Below, in pieces: positions 50,469-60,023 of a stretch of 64,000 bases of DNA. How positions within the stretch are numbered: position 1 is the stretch's first letter; every line of letters begins with the position of its first letter. Source of the stretch: Candidatus Roizmanbacteria bacterium RIFOXYC1_FULL_41_16 (lineage in GTDB: Bacteria > Patescibacteriota > Microgenomatia > UBA1406); the NCBI GenBank assembly GCA_001788295.1, contig MGBO01000021.1, positions 74,003-138,002 on the forward strand. Direction: 5' to 3'. Below the pieces are notes generated by a model. It was given only the letters and a program-made list of their open reading frames with translations, did not search any database and was not told the origin of the DNA. The position numbers and the translations under genes are program-made.

Positions 50469-51191
50469 TTAAGGATTAAAAAAATAGATAAATTTATTCG
50501 CACTTAAGTATAAACATAATTGCCATTTTTTGGCAAAAAGATTTTTCCAATCGGCTTTGTTGGCCAATAATAAGAGCGGCAGAGAAAGGTCGCGATAGCT
50601 AGCCTCATAACTAACAATGGCAATTGGGCCCAGCGCGGCAATTTTGGCTTGATCCATAATATCCAAATCTTGAGTAATTACTATTCTTGTTTCACAAGTT
50701 TCCAAGCTGATTTGTGAAGGTGAATGAATATAAGAGCAATAGCCACCGAAATTAGTGTCCAAACTGTTTTGCACCGGTATCTCAACGCCGTCACTGACCT
50801 TAAAATACCAGTGGCCTTTGTCTTTTTTCACACAAGTGGCTTTGATGGCAAAAGGAACATTAGTGATCTGGCTGATTGCCAAAGTCAGAGTGCCTTCTTC
50901 GTGGTTAATGCCACGGACTTCGGCACTATGAGGAGCTTTCAAATCTTTGCTTCCCAATAGGCCTTTTTTTTGAGCCAAAAGCTGTCCTTTCTTAACCATC
51001 TCGCCTAAATTGACTTTCAGATGTTTAAAAATGGCTTTGGGTTCAATTGCCAGCTCAACCGCAAGGTCAATTATCGCTTCAGTTTCGGTTTGTTCCTTAA
51101 GACTTTTTTTACCCCAATCAACTACCTCGCCTTCTTTGAATTTGGTCCCTTTAGGCAAAACACTTTCCGGAATTGTGAATGTAAAAGCCAT
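50469..51191 (-). CDS. Hypothetical protein with hybrid/barrel-sandwich-like motif
   Basis: VNLGEMVKKGQLLA...LKAP motif. Confidence 0.55.
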   Translation of the reverse strand: MAFTFTIPESVLPKGTKFKEGEVVDWGKKSLKEQTETEAIIDLAVELAIEPKAIFKHLKVNLGEMVKKGQLLAQKKGLLGSKDLKAPHSAEVRGINHEEGTLTLAISQITNVPFAIKATCVKKDKGHWYFKVSDGVEIPVQNSLDTNFGGYCSYIHSPSQISLETCETRIVITQDLDIMDQAKIAALGPIAIVSYEASYRDLSLPLLLLANKADWKNLFAKKWQLCLYLSANKFIYFFNP

Positions 51192-51232
51192 TCAATCATT
51201 ATATAAAATCTCGATATAATGGCAATTGTGAA

Positions 51233-52000
51233 TTAAACGTACCACCTGTTCGATTTTTGTCTGAGTTCACGTATTTCCTGTTGGGTAAGACGCCTGCTCT
51301 CTTTTAGATTGGCTTCTATTAATTGTACTTCTAAAGCAGAAAGTATTTTTTCTGGAGCCTGATCATTATCTTTGGCTCCTATAGCAGCAATCAGCTTCTC
51401 GACATGCTGATGTATATTAAGCTGCTGACCACTCAGTTTATGGACTAATTTATCCAGTAATGAAAAACCAAATATAGAAACGCCATTCCTCTTAATCGGA
51501 TAAATTAAGTCTGAGTAAATCAAAAAGTCTATACAGTCTGGTCTTAATAAATATTGATTAAGTAACTCAAGTAGTCGTCGTGCAAAATCTTTTAATAATA
51601 AATAATAATTCTCTCTTCTTTCCTTATCACTTGGTTCTTTTTGTTTCTGAATATAATAATCAATATGAGTTAATAAAATGTCTTCTCTTTGGTTTTTCGT
51701 TAGTGATTTTTCTGGCTTACTTAAATCTGACCAGGTAACAGCGGCATGCAAAAAATATTTATCCAAAACCTTTTTGATATGGTCAACACCCAAACAGTTA
51801 TTAATATCTATAATTGTTTGGCTGAAAAGCTCTCTGATTATTTCCATATCCAATGGATCAATCTGGGTAAGTATCTCGGATTTAATAAATCCATTTCTAA
51901 AATAATTTGGTGATAGATAGTAGCCAACTTCACACAGCTTGTAAGTAAGCGCTACAGTATCAATTCGATCTCCTTGTGGTAAAAATTTTTCTGGAAGCAT
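51233..52000 (-). CDS. Hypothetical protein (AT-rich)
   Basis: 255-aa ORF with TATAAT 5 nt before the ATG; no motif recognised. Confidence 0.55.
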   Translation of the reverse strand: MLPEKFLPQGDRIDTVALTYKLCEVGYYLSPNYFRNGFIKSEILTQIDPLDMEIIRELFSQTIIDINNCLGVDHIKKVLDKYFLHAAVTWSDLSKPEKSLTKNQREDILLTHIDYYIQKQKEPSDKERRENYYLLLKDFARRLLELLNQYLLRPDCIDFLIYSDLIYPIKRNGVSIFGFSLLDKLVHKLSGQQLNIHQHVEKLIAAIGAKDNDQAPEKILSALEVQLIEANLKESRRLTQQEIRELRQKSNRWYV

Positions 52001-52036
52001 CCAATATTATAGGATATGAAGTTGATAATTACAAGA

Positions 52037-53248
52037 TTAGAGAAGAAAACTGCCGTGCTGATAAATGATTTTGGTTTGACCGTTTTTCAAAATCGCCTCT
52101 ACCCGCCGATCCTGTTTGGCAATAATGTCGGTGTGCTCGGCTGAATCGTTGTAACCAAGTTTATTCCAATCGGCTGTTTTCATGGTTTTGGGATTACCTC
52201 GGAAACAGTCATGATAAGAAGAGCCAAGCGCCAAATGAGTGTTGCCAAACCGGCCGCCGAAATTTTCGTCGTAAAGGGTATTAGCCATAAATTTGTTGAT
52301 TTGGGAAAAGCGCTTGTCCGTAAGCGAAAACTCACCCACCCGATCAGCGTTTTTTTGTTTGATAATCTGCTCAAGCAACGTCTGATTTTTATTGGCCCGA
52401 GCTTTAATCACCTTGCCATTTTTAAATTCCAGATAAATTCCGTCAATGACATTGCCATATCGATAAAGCGGAAAATCAAAATAAATATGGCCATTGGTGC
52501 CGCGCCAATCCGGTGAAGTAAAAATCTCAAAACTAGGAATATTGCGGCCGCTGCCGCCAATCCAGGCGCGTTTGTCACCTAAAACATAAGTTAAATCCGT
52601 ATTTTTGGCCAACACTCTGATTTTGCCTATTGGCAATTGATTGAGTTTAGTAATAATCCGCTTGGTCTGATCAAAAATCTGCTGCCATTTGGCCATCGGC
52701 TCATCTTCATTCAGATAGCAGGCTTTTTTTATCTGTTGCCAATATTGCCCTATTGTCAAACCCGCCTGCTTGGCCATGCCGGCCGTGCCATACAAAGCCA
52801 AAGTCCAGGTGAGCTTGCCCTGATCTTCTTTGTCTGTCAGCCATTGTTTGAGCGGTTTTTTGGCCGCGTTTACCAGTGCAATTTTGGTTGGACTGATTTC
52901 TTTGAGATAAAGCGGATCCTCATCGGCGATCAAATACAGCCGGTGATCAATTGTTTTTACCAGTGCCCGCGAATATTGTTTTGGGAAAAACTGCAGCTGC
53001 GATTTTGAAGCTTGGTGATAAAAAACTTTGTCAAAATCTTCCTCGTGCTGGCGAACTACGGAATGGGCTCCTTTTTCCAAAATTCGCTGATACACCGCCA
53101 TCGCCAAGGGTTTGGCCGGTTGATCATATTGGAGCAAAATGACGTCATTTTTTTTAATTCCCTGTCCAGAACCCAAGGCAAAATCAATCAGTACCTGACT
53201 ATAACGTTTGAGGATTCTAGCACTGGGAAGATAGTCAGCGTTAACCAT
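52037..53248 (-). CDS. Aminopeptidase, M29 (AmpS/T) family
   Basis: NIPSFEIFTSP, GEF, NTLYDEN, HLALG.SY, NDSAEHTD. Confidence 0.9.
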   Translation of the reverse strand: MVNADYLPSARILKRYSQVLIDFALGSGQGIKKNDVILLQYDQPAKPLAMAVYQRILEKGAHSVVRQHEEDFDKVFYHQASKSQLQFFPKQYSRALVKTIDHRLYLIADEDPLYLKEISPTKIALVNAAKKPLKQWLTDKEDQGKLTWTLALYGTAGMAKQAGLTIGQYWQQIKKACYLNEDEPMAKWQQIFDQTKRIITKLNQLPIGKIRVLAKNTDLTYVLGDKRAWIGGSGRNIPSFEIFTSPDWRGTNGHIYFDFPLYRYGNVIDGIYLEFKNGKVIKARANKNQTLLEQIIKQKNADRVGEFSLTDKRFSQINKFMANTLYDENFGGRFGNTHLALGSSYHDCFRGNPKTMKTADWNKLGYNDSAEHTDIIAKQDRRVEAILKNGQTKIIYQHGSFLL

Positions 53249-54252
53249 TACTGGAGAATTAGATACTCGTCAATCGAATAATCACCCTTAGTGCCGGAGA
53301 GAATAGCGAAAATCCGTTGCCCAATCGCCAGCTTAGAAAAACCGGCCTTTTCAATTTTTTGTGATTTGAGATTATAAAGATTTTGAATGGTAGACAGCTG
53401 AATATCGGCGCCGAATGAACTCTTGTCAAAATCAATAATCGTCACTTCGTAATTGTCCTCATCAATATTGGAAACTTTACCGGCGGCAACAGTGAGGGCC
53501 GGCTCCTGATAAACAGTGTAACTAATCTGATCGCCACCAATGTCACTGACAAAAGCAGTAACCCGCTCGCCTTTTTGTAGATCGGCAAAAGAAATTGTTT
53601 CCAAATCATAACCGCTAACGTTAAAAAAGTTGGTGATTTCCGGCTCCACCGTGACTTTGATTGAGTCTGTGCCAATTCCCAGGGTCAAACTCTTTTCCCC
53701 AATGGCCTTGATTGGGCCGCTAATCACTCGCTTAGGATTATTACGCAGTTGCAATACTTTTTCCTCTAATTTTTGTTTTAAAACATCGGCTTCATCCGTT
53801 GCCTCTGACTGGTCCGAGCTAACATCAATATTTTGAGTCTGCAAATAGTAAAGTTTCAAGACTTTAAGCTGCTCTTTTTCGCCGTTAAGTTCAAATAAGG
53901 CAATTTCGTTAAGGCCGGGTTTGAGCTGTAATTCTTGTTTAAACTGATTACCACGGATTGTGATCGGTCGAATTTCAAGTTGATCGGCGATCAGCAAATT
54001 GCTGTTTTTATCTGCCTGACCTTGAATAACAAGAATCTTGTTGGTTAAAAGTGCGCCGTTAACCGGTAATTTATCAAATTGAGCCAATTTAGTCGATTTG
54101 TCAGTTGTGCGGGGAGTGAGGTTGGCCGTATTAAAAGTCTGTGGCTTATTAGAAGGGCCCTTAGGAATGGTTCTGAAATTACTGAAATAAATCGCTCCAA
54201 ATAATCCAAGCGCTACACCAATAATAATTGCCACAATCGCTTCTTTATTCAT
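53248..54252 (-). CDS. Membrane-anchored hypothetical protein
   Basis: N-terminal TM helix; beta-rich segments (LKPGLNEI, DLQKGERV). Confidence 0.6.
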   Translation of the reverse strand: MNKEAIVAIIIGVALGLFGAIYFSNFRTIPKGPSNKPQTFNTANLTPRTTDKSTKLAQFDKLPVNGALLTNKILVIQGQADKNSNLLIADQLEIRPITIRGNQFKQELQLKPGLNEIALFELNGEKEQLKVLKLYYLQTQNIDVSSDQSEATDEADVLKQKLEEKVLQLRNNPKRVISGPIKAIGEKSLTLGIGTDSIKVTVEPEITNFFNVSGYDLETISFADLQKGERVTAFVSDIGGDQISYTVYQEPALTVAAGKVSNIDEDNYEVTIIDFDKSSFGADIQLSTIQNLYNLKSQKIEKAGFSKLAIGQRIFAILSGTKGDYSIDEYLILQ

Positions 54253-54278
54253 TGCAATAGGTATTATACCATTCTAAG

Positions 54279-55628
54279 TCAGATTTGTTTCAGGTTTTGG
54301 ATAGTGGCAACCTGCCCGGCCGAATAAATTTTGGTAAAACCCAAACGCTTGGCTTCTTTGGTAATTAAAGCCAAAGTGTTGGTTTTGCGGACATTGCCCA
54401 GCAGTCCCAGCTCGCCAATGAAAAGATGTTTGGGATCAAAGGCTTTGGCGGTCAGGCTAGAATAGAGTGCTACCGCCACTCCCAGATCAGCCAAAGTGTC
54501 TTTTATTTTTAAACCGCCTGAAACATTAACATAGATGTCAAATTTATCAACGGCCAGCCTAAGATATTTTTTAAGAATCGCCAAAATCAATTCCAGCCGT
54601 TTTTGATCCACACCCTTGGCCACTCTCTTTGGAAAAGCCAATGAAGAGGACACCACCAACGTTTCCACGGTTGCAAAAACCACCCGAACCCCTTGCCGAA
54701 CTGCCACCGACGCTTTACCCACGGCTTTGTCTGCCCACTCGAGGAAAAATTCGCTCGGATTAAGAACCTCGGCCATACCGGTTTGGGTCATTTCAAAAAA
54801 ACCCACCTCCTCAGTTGGTCCAAAACGATTCTTGAATGATCGCAAAATTCTAAGATTGCTGGTTTGTTCACCTTCCAGAAATAAGACACAGTCAACCATG
54901 TGTTCCAAAAATTTCGGCCCGGCAATCTCCCCTTCTTTGGTAATGTGACCAATCACCAAAGACGTCAGTTTATTTTGCTTACTGAAATTGACGATTTTTA
55001 ACAGCACTTCTTTGGCTTGACTCACCGAACCGGGCAAGCCCGGACTGTTGGCAGCAAACAGACCCTGAAGCGAATCAAATACCAATAAATTAATTTTGTT
55101 TTTGGCAATCAAAGCCGAAAGGCCTTCTAGAATACTGTCGATGTCTTTTTGGGAAGAAAAAAAAATGCTGTCGGTTTTGATATTAAGGCGTCGGCAGCGG
55201 CCCTCCACTTGATGGCCAGCCTCCTCTGACGAAATATAAGCGACCTTATTGTCACTGGCAAGCGCTTGTTTGGAAAGCACGGTGATTAATAATGTGCTCT
55301 TGCCTACTCCGGGCTCGCCGCTCAAAAGAATAACCTCGTCGCGAACAAACCCACCGCCCAGCACCCGATCTAGTTCGGCTAAACCCGAACTCAGGCGGCT
55401 GCTGTCTGGGGTATTTTTGGCAAACTGTTTGAGTTGCGCAAACTCCGCCTTCCCCGACGTTGTTCCATTTGTTCCATTTCGGGAATGGAACGGATTGATA
55501 GAAGGCTCTTTAAACTCTTTTAAAGTATTCCATTCCTGGCATTCCGGGCACTTACCAAACCAGGAAGCAAATGATGAGCCGCAATTGTCACATACAAATG
55601 ACGTGCTCGCTTTTTTGCCGACTTTCAT
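54279..55628 (-). CDS. radA: DNA repair protein RadA/Sms
   Basis: CDNC...CPEC.EW, GEPGVGKST, GHITKEGEIAGP, KNRFG, GELGL. Confidence 0.95.
   Translation of the reverse strand: MKVGKKASTSFVCDNCGSSFASWFGKCPECQEWNTLKEFKEPSINPFHSRNGTNGTTSGKAEFAQLKQFAKNTPDSSRLSSGLAELDRVLGGGFVRDEVILLSGEPGVGKSTLLITVLSKQALASDNKVAYISSEEAGHQVEGRCRRLNIKTDSIFFSSQKDIDSILEGLSALIAKNKINLLVFDSLQGLFAANSPGLPGSVSQAKEVLLKIVNFSKQNKLTSLVIGHITKEGEIAGPKFLEHMVDCVLFLEGEQTSNLRILRSFKNRFGPTEEVGFFEMTQTGMAEVLNPSEFFLEWADKAVGKASVAVRQGVRVVFATVETLVVSSSLAFPKRVAKGVDQKRLELILAILKKYLRLAVDKFDIYVNVSGGLKIKDTLADLGVAVALYSSLTAKAFDPKHLFIGELGLLGNVRKTNTLALITKEAKRLGFTKIYSAGQVATIQNLKQI
55471..55491. repeat. Palindrome family A, copy 3 (in-frame in the radA linker, encodes FHSRNGT)
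   Basis: GTTCCATTTCGGGAATGGAAC, preceded by a duplicated GTTCCATTT (55462-55470). Confidence 0.85.
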
Positions 55629-55655
55629 CTTAGGGGTTATTTTAGCAAAAATGAA

Positions 55656-56205
55656 AAGCCGTATGTATGATTAAAATTGCTGTGGTACCCTGGAGAAAGG
55701 GCACCACAGCCTAAGTTCTTCTACTCCTTTTCGGGAGGAGAAGATTAACGACGCATGGGGATGTTCATAAGATTCATAACAATCCCCAAGACAAACCCCC
55801 ATAAAGGGGCCGTCCAGAGGAAGCCTAAGGTCTCGGATCCTGTCAGGATCCAAGACACAATGAGCAAGGCTGCGAGCCACACGAGTGCGGCGGCACAGCC
55901 ATTACGTGAGTCGCCTATATATCTGGTTATCAAGGCGATAACCAGTATAGAAGCGACCTCCAACAACCAGTTCATTTTTGCCTCCTTTCTTTCCGCCCAC
56001 CTGAATGGAGCAGAATATTCCCTCCTCCATAGTCATGAGAACTATGGGATCATGGGGATTTTTCCCAGACCATATCAGGGACTCGAGCTTTCTCCCGCTC
56101 GAATATGATATTCTGGGAAGGTTGTTCCAGAAAGAACTAAGGCCGGGATTATCATTCCGGCTTTAGTTCTTTCTGAAAACAGAAAGCTCTACATACATAC
56201 GGCTT
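55656..56205 (-). other. Structured RNA unit bounded by a perfect 14-bp inverted repeat
   Basis: AAGCCGTATGTATG (55656-55669) / CATACATACGGCTT (56192-56205); at least 5 internal hairpins. Confidence 0.7.
55745..55975 (-). CDS. 76-aa hydrophobic membrane protein
   Basis: Strong SD AAAGGAGG 5 nt before the ATG; 2-3 predicted TM helices. Confidence 0.7.
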   Translation of the reverse strand: MNWLLEVASILVIALITRYIGDSRNGCAAALVWLAALLIVSWILTGSETLGFLWTAPLWGFVLGIVMNLMNIPMRR

Positions 56206-56298
56206 ATTAAAGAACTATAAACTTGGCTTTTTGGCAGCAAATGCCAATCGCTAGTTTAATAGACAGATAATTATACTATAGGATTGTCTAGAAAGCAA
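56204..56298 (-). promoter_or_regulatory. Promoter, hairpin and boxA-like antitermination site
   Basis: TTGCTT-17 bp-TATAAT (56298-56270); hairpin TTGGCA/TGCCAA; AGTTCTTTAATAA (56216-56204) resembles boxA TGCTCTTTAACA. Confidence 0.6.
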
Positions 56299-56303
56299 GT
56301 TAG

Positions 56304-57158
56304 TTAATTGGCGGAGCGAGTGGATCTTTTGGAGTTGGATTTAAACAAGTATCTTAACAAATCGCTGGTGGTAATTATGTTCAGGGGTTGAAAGCGATTT
56401 TTCATCACAATCACACTGCCGATCTCTTTATCCAAAATCAATTTAATAACTTCACTGATCTTCTGCTCTGGTGCCACCTGAATGGTAACGGTTTTAAGAA
56501 CGTGTTTGATTGTGTATTTGGCCAATTGATTCACCGGCTCTCCCCGATCAAAAAAGCCCATCCGCTCCTTGGGCTCATTAAACAAAGGCAACAGATCAAA
56601 CAATGAAACAATGCCTTGCAGATTGTTCTCCTGATTGACAATCACAATTTTTGAAAGCTTGGAGCGCTGAAAAAACCGCAACACTTCTTCAAAACTACTG
56701 TTTAGATTAATGCTTTGTAAATGGTGTTTGTTATCGACTAAGTCGCTTACTGCTCTGGTTGCCTTGGCATTGTTTAACTGAGAGCGCAGCACTCGTCTGG
56801 CCGTCACTATTCCTAGCATTTGGTTAGCCGAATCCAACACCGGCAAGTAATGAACCTTAGATTCCAGCATCAAGCGGGCAATTTCTTCAATCTTGGTGTC
56901 TAAATTTAATTTAGGTGGCGAAAAAAGACACTTTTTAAGTTTGGCAGACACAGGATAGTTCCGTTTGGTTAAGGTAAAATACGAATTAATCAAACCCAGA
57001 TATTGTCCCTGCTCAGTTACCATGACAGCGTCGTGGCTGCTTTTGAATTTGCTAATTGCTTCAGCCAGCTTGTCGTCGGGAGAGAGAGAAATAATTCCTT
57101 GAGTTTTTAAAATGTCTTTGGCAGTTATACCTCTGTTCGGTTGAGATTTAGCTTTCAT
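56304..57158 (-). CDS. CBS-domain protein (two Bateman pairs)
   Basis: Four CBS repeats (LPVLD..LGIVT, GIVSLFDL, IITTSDLL). Confidence 0.85.
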   Translation of the reverse strand: MKAKSQPNRGITAKDILKTQGIISLSPDDKLAEAISKFKSSHDAVMVTEQGQYLGLINSYFTLTKRNYPVSAKLKKCLFSPPKLNLDTKIEEIARLMLESKVHYLPVLDSANQMLGIVTARRVLRSQLNNAKATRAVSDLVDNKHHLQSINLNSSFEEVLRFFQRSKLSKIVIVNQENNLQGIVSLFDLLPLFNEPKERMGFFDRGEPVNQLAKYTIKHVLKTVTIQVAPEQKISEVIKLILDKEIGSVIVMKNRFQPLNIITTSDLLRYLFKSNSKRSTRSAN

Positions 57159-57354
57159 AAACTACATAAGGTAGCAGTGCTAATACCCTTGCTTTTTTGA
57201 TTTCCAAAGCCAGCTTTCGCTGGTGTTTGGAACAGATTCCGGAGCGTTCGCGAGACACAATTTTGCCGCGAACAGTCAGATATTTTTTAAGATGTTCGTA
57301 ATCTTTATAACTAGGATTGGCTTTGCCTCGGCAATAAAAACAATGGTTAATCAT
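57148..57354 (-). CDS. rpsR: 30S ribosomal protein S18
   Basis: CFYC, YKD, RGKI, C.KHQR, KKAR.LALLPY. Confidence 0.95.
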   Translation of the reverse strand: MINHCFYCRGKANPSYKDYEHLKKYLTVRGKIVSRERSGICSKHQRKLALEIKKARVLALLPYVVYES

Positions 57355-57356
57355 TT

Positions 57357-57884
57357 TTAAAAAGGAATCTCATCCTCAGAAACTTCTTCATTATCCGAAG
57401 CCTCAGGTTCTGGAGCCGCCTCTTTGATTGGCTTTTCGGCTTTAGCTGGTTTTTCAATTTTTTTCTTAACCGGTTTGTCTTTGTCTACTACTACTTCCTC
57501 AACAGGGACTTCACTGTTTTCTTCACCGCTTGCTTTGGCGCCGGTAGACTTACCCGACAAGACAATCATGTTGTCCATCACGATCTCGGTGATATTACGT
57601 TGCACGCCGTCTTTGCCTTCAAAGCTGCGATAGACAATGCGGCCCTCAACATAAACCTTACTGCCCTTAACCAATAGCTGACTGCAAAGTTCGGCCAGCT
57701 TGCTCCAGGCAATAATGCGATGGTATTGGACTTCTTCTTTACGTTCGCCTTGAGCGGTAGTCCAGTCACGGTTAGTGGCCAAGCCAAATTGGGAAACAGC
57801 CGTGCCTTGGGGAGTGTAACGCAGTTCAGGATCACGGGTCAAATTACCAATTAAAGTAACTTTGTTAAGACTTCTGGAAGCCAT
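57357..57884 (-). CDS. ssb: Single-stranded DNA-binding protein
   Basis: LNKVTLIGNLTRDPELRYT; C-terminal DEIPF. Confidence 0.97.
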   Translation of the reverse strand: MASRSLNKVTLIGNLTRDPELRYTPQGTAVSQFGLATNRDWTTAQGERKEEVQYHRIIAWSKLAELCSQLLVKGSKVYVEGRIVYRSFEGKDGVQRNITEIVMDNMIVLSGKSTGAKASGEENSEVPVEEVVVDKDKPVKKKIEKPAKAEKPIKEAAPEPEASDNEEVSEDEIPF

Positions 57885-57885
57885 A

Positions 57886-58191
57886 TTACTTGGTTTTTTC
57901 AGCCGGAGCTGGAATTTTTAATAGCATATAGCGCAAGAGTTTGGTTTCAAAGTTAAACAAACGGTGGAGCTCTTTAATTTTGGCCTGATCAATAGCAATC
58001 TGCCAAAATAAATACTGGCCAAGATTGGTTTTCTTGATTGGATACGCCATTTTTTTTACTCCCCAATCCTCTTCTTTTAAGAGTTTGGCTTTCACAGTCG
58101 TTAAGATTTTATTGAGGTTGGATCTCAGGCTTGAGAGAGCTGACTTCTCGAGATTTCCTGGCAAAACCAACACTAATTCGTAATTTACCAT
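57886..58191 (-). CDS. rpsF: 30S ribosomal protein S6
   Basis: YEL, WG.K.MAYPIKK, LRY; rpsF-ssb-rpsR synteny. Confidence 0.93.
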   Translation of the reverse strand: MVNYELVLVLPGNLEKSALSSLRSNLNKILTTVKAKLLKEEDWGVKKMAYPIKKTNLGQYLFWQIAIDQAKIKELHRLFNFETKLLRYMLLKIPAPAEKTK

Positions 58192-58240
58192 ACTTGAACT
58201 CTAGTTTAGCACAGTGTTTTTGGGTTTGCAATTACCAAAA

Positions 58241-59215
58241 TCAAAAATGAATAAAAGTCTCGGCAAGGAAGAACAGAAAATAAGCGCCCAACAATACTAC
58301 CGCTTCCCAGCGATCAAAACGTTTGCGGCTTTGTGAAAAAAGGATAAATAAAGCAAACATTCCCACTAGCGCAACCAGTGACAATAGGTATTCTGGAAAA
58401 ATTTCAATCCGGTAATCAGCGATAAGGCCGGTTGTACCAATAATTAAATTGGCGTTGGCAATTAACGAACCAAAAATATCGCCGTACAGCACATTAAACT
58501 CTCTCTTTCTAATTGAGTTAAGAGAAACAAACAGTTCAGGAAAACTGGTGCCTGGTGCCAAAATAAAAACGGCAATCAAAAAAGGCCGAACCGATAAACT
58601 TTCGGCCAAAAAAATGGCTGACTTGAGCAGAAAATGCGAACTGACAACCAAAACGACGACTGCCAAAAACAGAGTCAAAAGCGCCTGCTTAATGTGACCC
58701 TTACGAAACGATTTTTCCAAACGGACAAAAAAACTACGCAGCCCTTGCTGTTGCTTGGGGCGCTTATTAAACAGATACAAAGAATAGGTAGCAAACAAAA
58801 AGATTAAGAATAAACCGTCGATCCGGGACAGATGCCCGTCCAAAATCAGCAAAAACGGGAACAAAGAAGCAGTCAGCAAAAAAAAGATCGTGTTTAGACT
58901 AAAGTCTTCTTTATGGACAATCAGCTTGGAAGTCGTCAGCAAAATAGCCATGGGAAAGATCAACCCCAGATTAGAAATACTGGAACCGATGGAATTGCCA
59001 AAAGCGATGTTTGGCACTCCCTCCAAAGAAGAAGTGATGCCAATAAACAATTCAGGCAAAGCGCAAAACGCGCCGGCAAAAATGCTTGCCAAAAAAAATT
59101 TACTCAAAATACCGTCGTCGGCAATCGCTTTGATTGATTGAATCAGCCATTCCGAGGCTTTATACATCACAAAACACAACATCAATATCACAATGACATT
59201 CAAAAAGATCAGCAT
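58241..59215 (-). CDS. Na+/Ca2+ antiporter (CaCA, YrbG-like)
   Basis: Alpha-repeats ALPEL/GNSIGS and GTSFPEL/GDIFGS. Confidence 0.85.
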   Translation of the reverse strand: MLIFLNVIVILMLCFVMYKASEWLIQSIKAIADDGILSKFFLASIFAGAFCALPELFIGITSSLEGVPNIAFGNSIGSSISNLGLIFPMAILLTTSKLIVHKEDFSLNTIFFLLTASLFPFLLILDGHLSRIDGLFLIFLFATYSLYLFNKRPKQQQGLRSFFVRLEKSFRKGHIKQALLTLFLAVVVLVVSSHFLLKSAIFLAESLSVRPFLIAVFILAPGTSFPELFVSLNSIRKREFNVLYGDIFGSLIANANLIIGTTGLIADYRIEIFPEYLLSLVALVGMFALFILFSQSRKRFDRWEAVVLLGAYFLFFLAETFIHF

Positions 59216-59261
59216 ACTATCAGCATAGTATATCGCCTGGTTTTTGCAACCTCAGTTCGTG

Positions 59262-60023
59262 CTAAAAGGGCAGTTTTTTCTCAAAATCATCCGGGAAAAA
59301 CCAAAGCTGAGTATCGGTAACTATCTCTTGAGTCCGGTGCCGATTGATCAAAAATAGTTGCCAACGTCTAAGGAGTTTCTCCATCCCCCTCGCCCCAACA
59401 AAGGGTTCCACCCTTTTTACTCTAGGATAGTTTGGCATTGGCGCTTGAGGAAATAATTCAGAAACCCATAAATTAGCTAAAAGTAGCTCTTCATAAGTTT
59501 CGTCTTTATTAACGATGGTTTTCAACTGCAAAATTTCGTGAGCCACGTATTGAGTCTGTTTACGCTTGGGAATTTTCAGATTGGCCTCGCTAAAAAATAG
59601 GTTGAGACATAATTTATTGCGGTAATTTTTGTCCTTTGGTTTTCGGCGAACCCCCAAAACCAAGGTAATTATAATCAGCCAAAATCGGGCCGTCCATAAT
59701 TTGTTTGCTTTGGTAATTACAAAAAGATCGATGTCATCCTTTGGCTGAGCGTTCAACATTGAAACAGTGCCGGAAATCCCCAGATATTTGATCCAGGGCA
59801 AGCCGCCCAAAAATTTGAGCAGATGTATTTTCTGCTGAATTTTATTTCGGCTGATAGTTTGGCGTTTTAAGGTCCCGGCCAAAAGATACCGATTAGCTTT
59901 ACTCACTACCCTGCCCTTGATGATTTGATACCCTGCAGGCAATTTTTTGGATTGGGAAAATCGCCGATACTCTCTTAAAGTCGGTACATACCTAAAAAAG
60001 GCAAAATATGTCAGCGGATTCAT
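59262..60023 (-). CDS. Nucleotidyltransferase-fold hypothetical protein
   Basis: SGTVS...DDIDLFVI, resembling the Pol-beta GS/DxD motif; CLN; AHE. Confidence 0.6.
   Translation of the reverse strand: MNPLTYFAFFRYVPTLREYRRFSQSKKLPAGYQIIKGRVVSKANRYLLAGTLKRQTISRNKIQQKIHLLKFLGGLPWIKYLGISGTVSMLNAQPKDDIDLFVITKANKLWTARFWLIIITLVLGVRRKPKDKNYRNKLCLNLFFSEANLKIPKRKQTQYVAHEILQLKTIVNKDETYEELLLANLWVSELFPQAPMPNYPRVKRVEPFVGARGMEKLLRRWQLFLINRHRTQEIVTDTQLWFFPDDFEKKLPF
59400..59416. repeat. Palindrome family C, copy inside a CDS (encodes KRVEPF)
   Basis: AAAGGGT-TCC-ACCCTTT. Confidence 0.5.

Noticed and set aside
55671..55880. 69-aa alternative-frame ORF and the 117-aa + strand ORF at 55755
   Set aside because: Both overlap the SD-supported 76-aa ORF and run through hairpins
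55656..56205. MITE or IS element, suggested by the terminal inverted repeats
   Set aside because: No transposase and no target-site duplication; the position just after a promoter and boxA fits an RNA stem better (not fully excluded)
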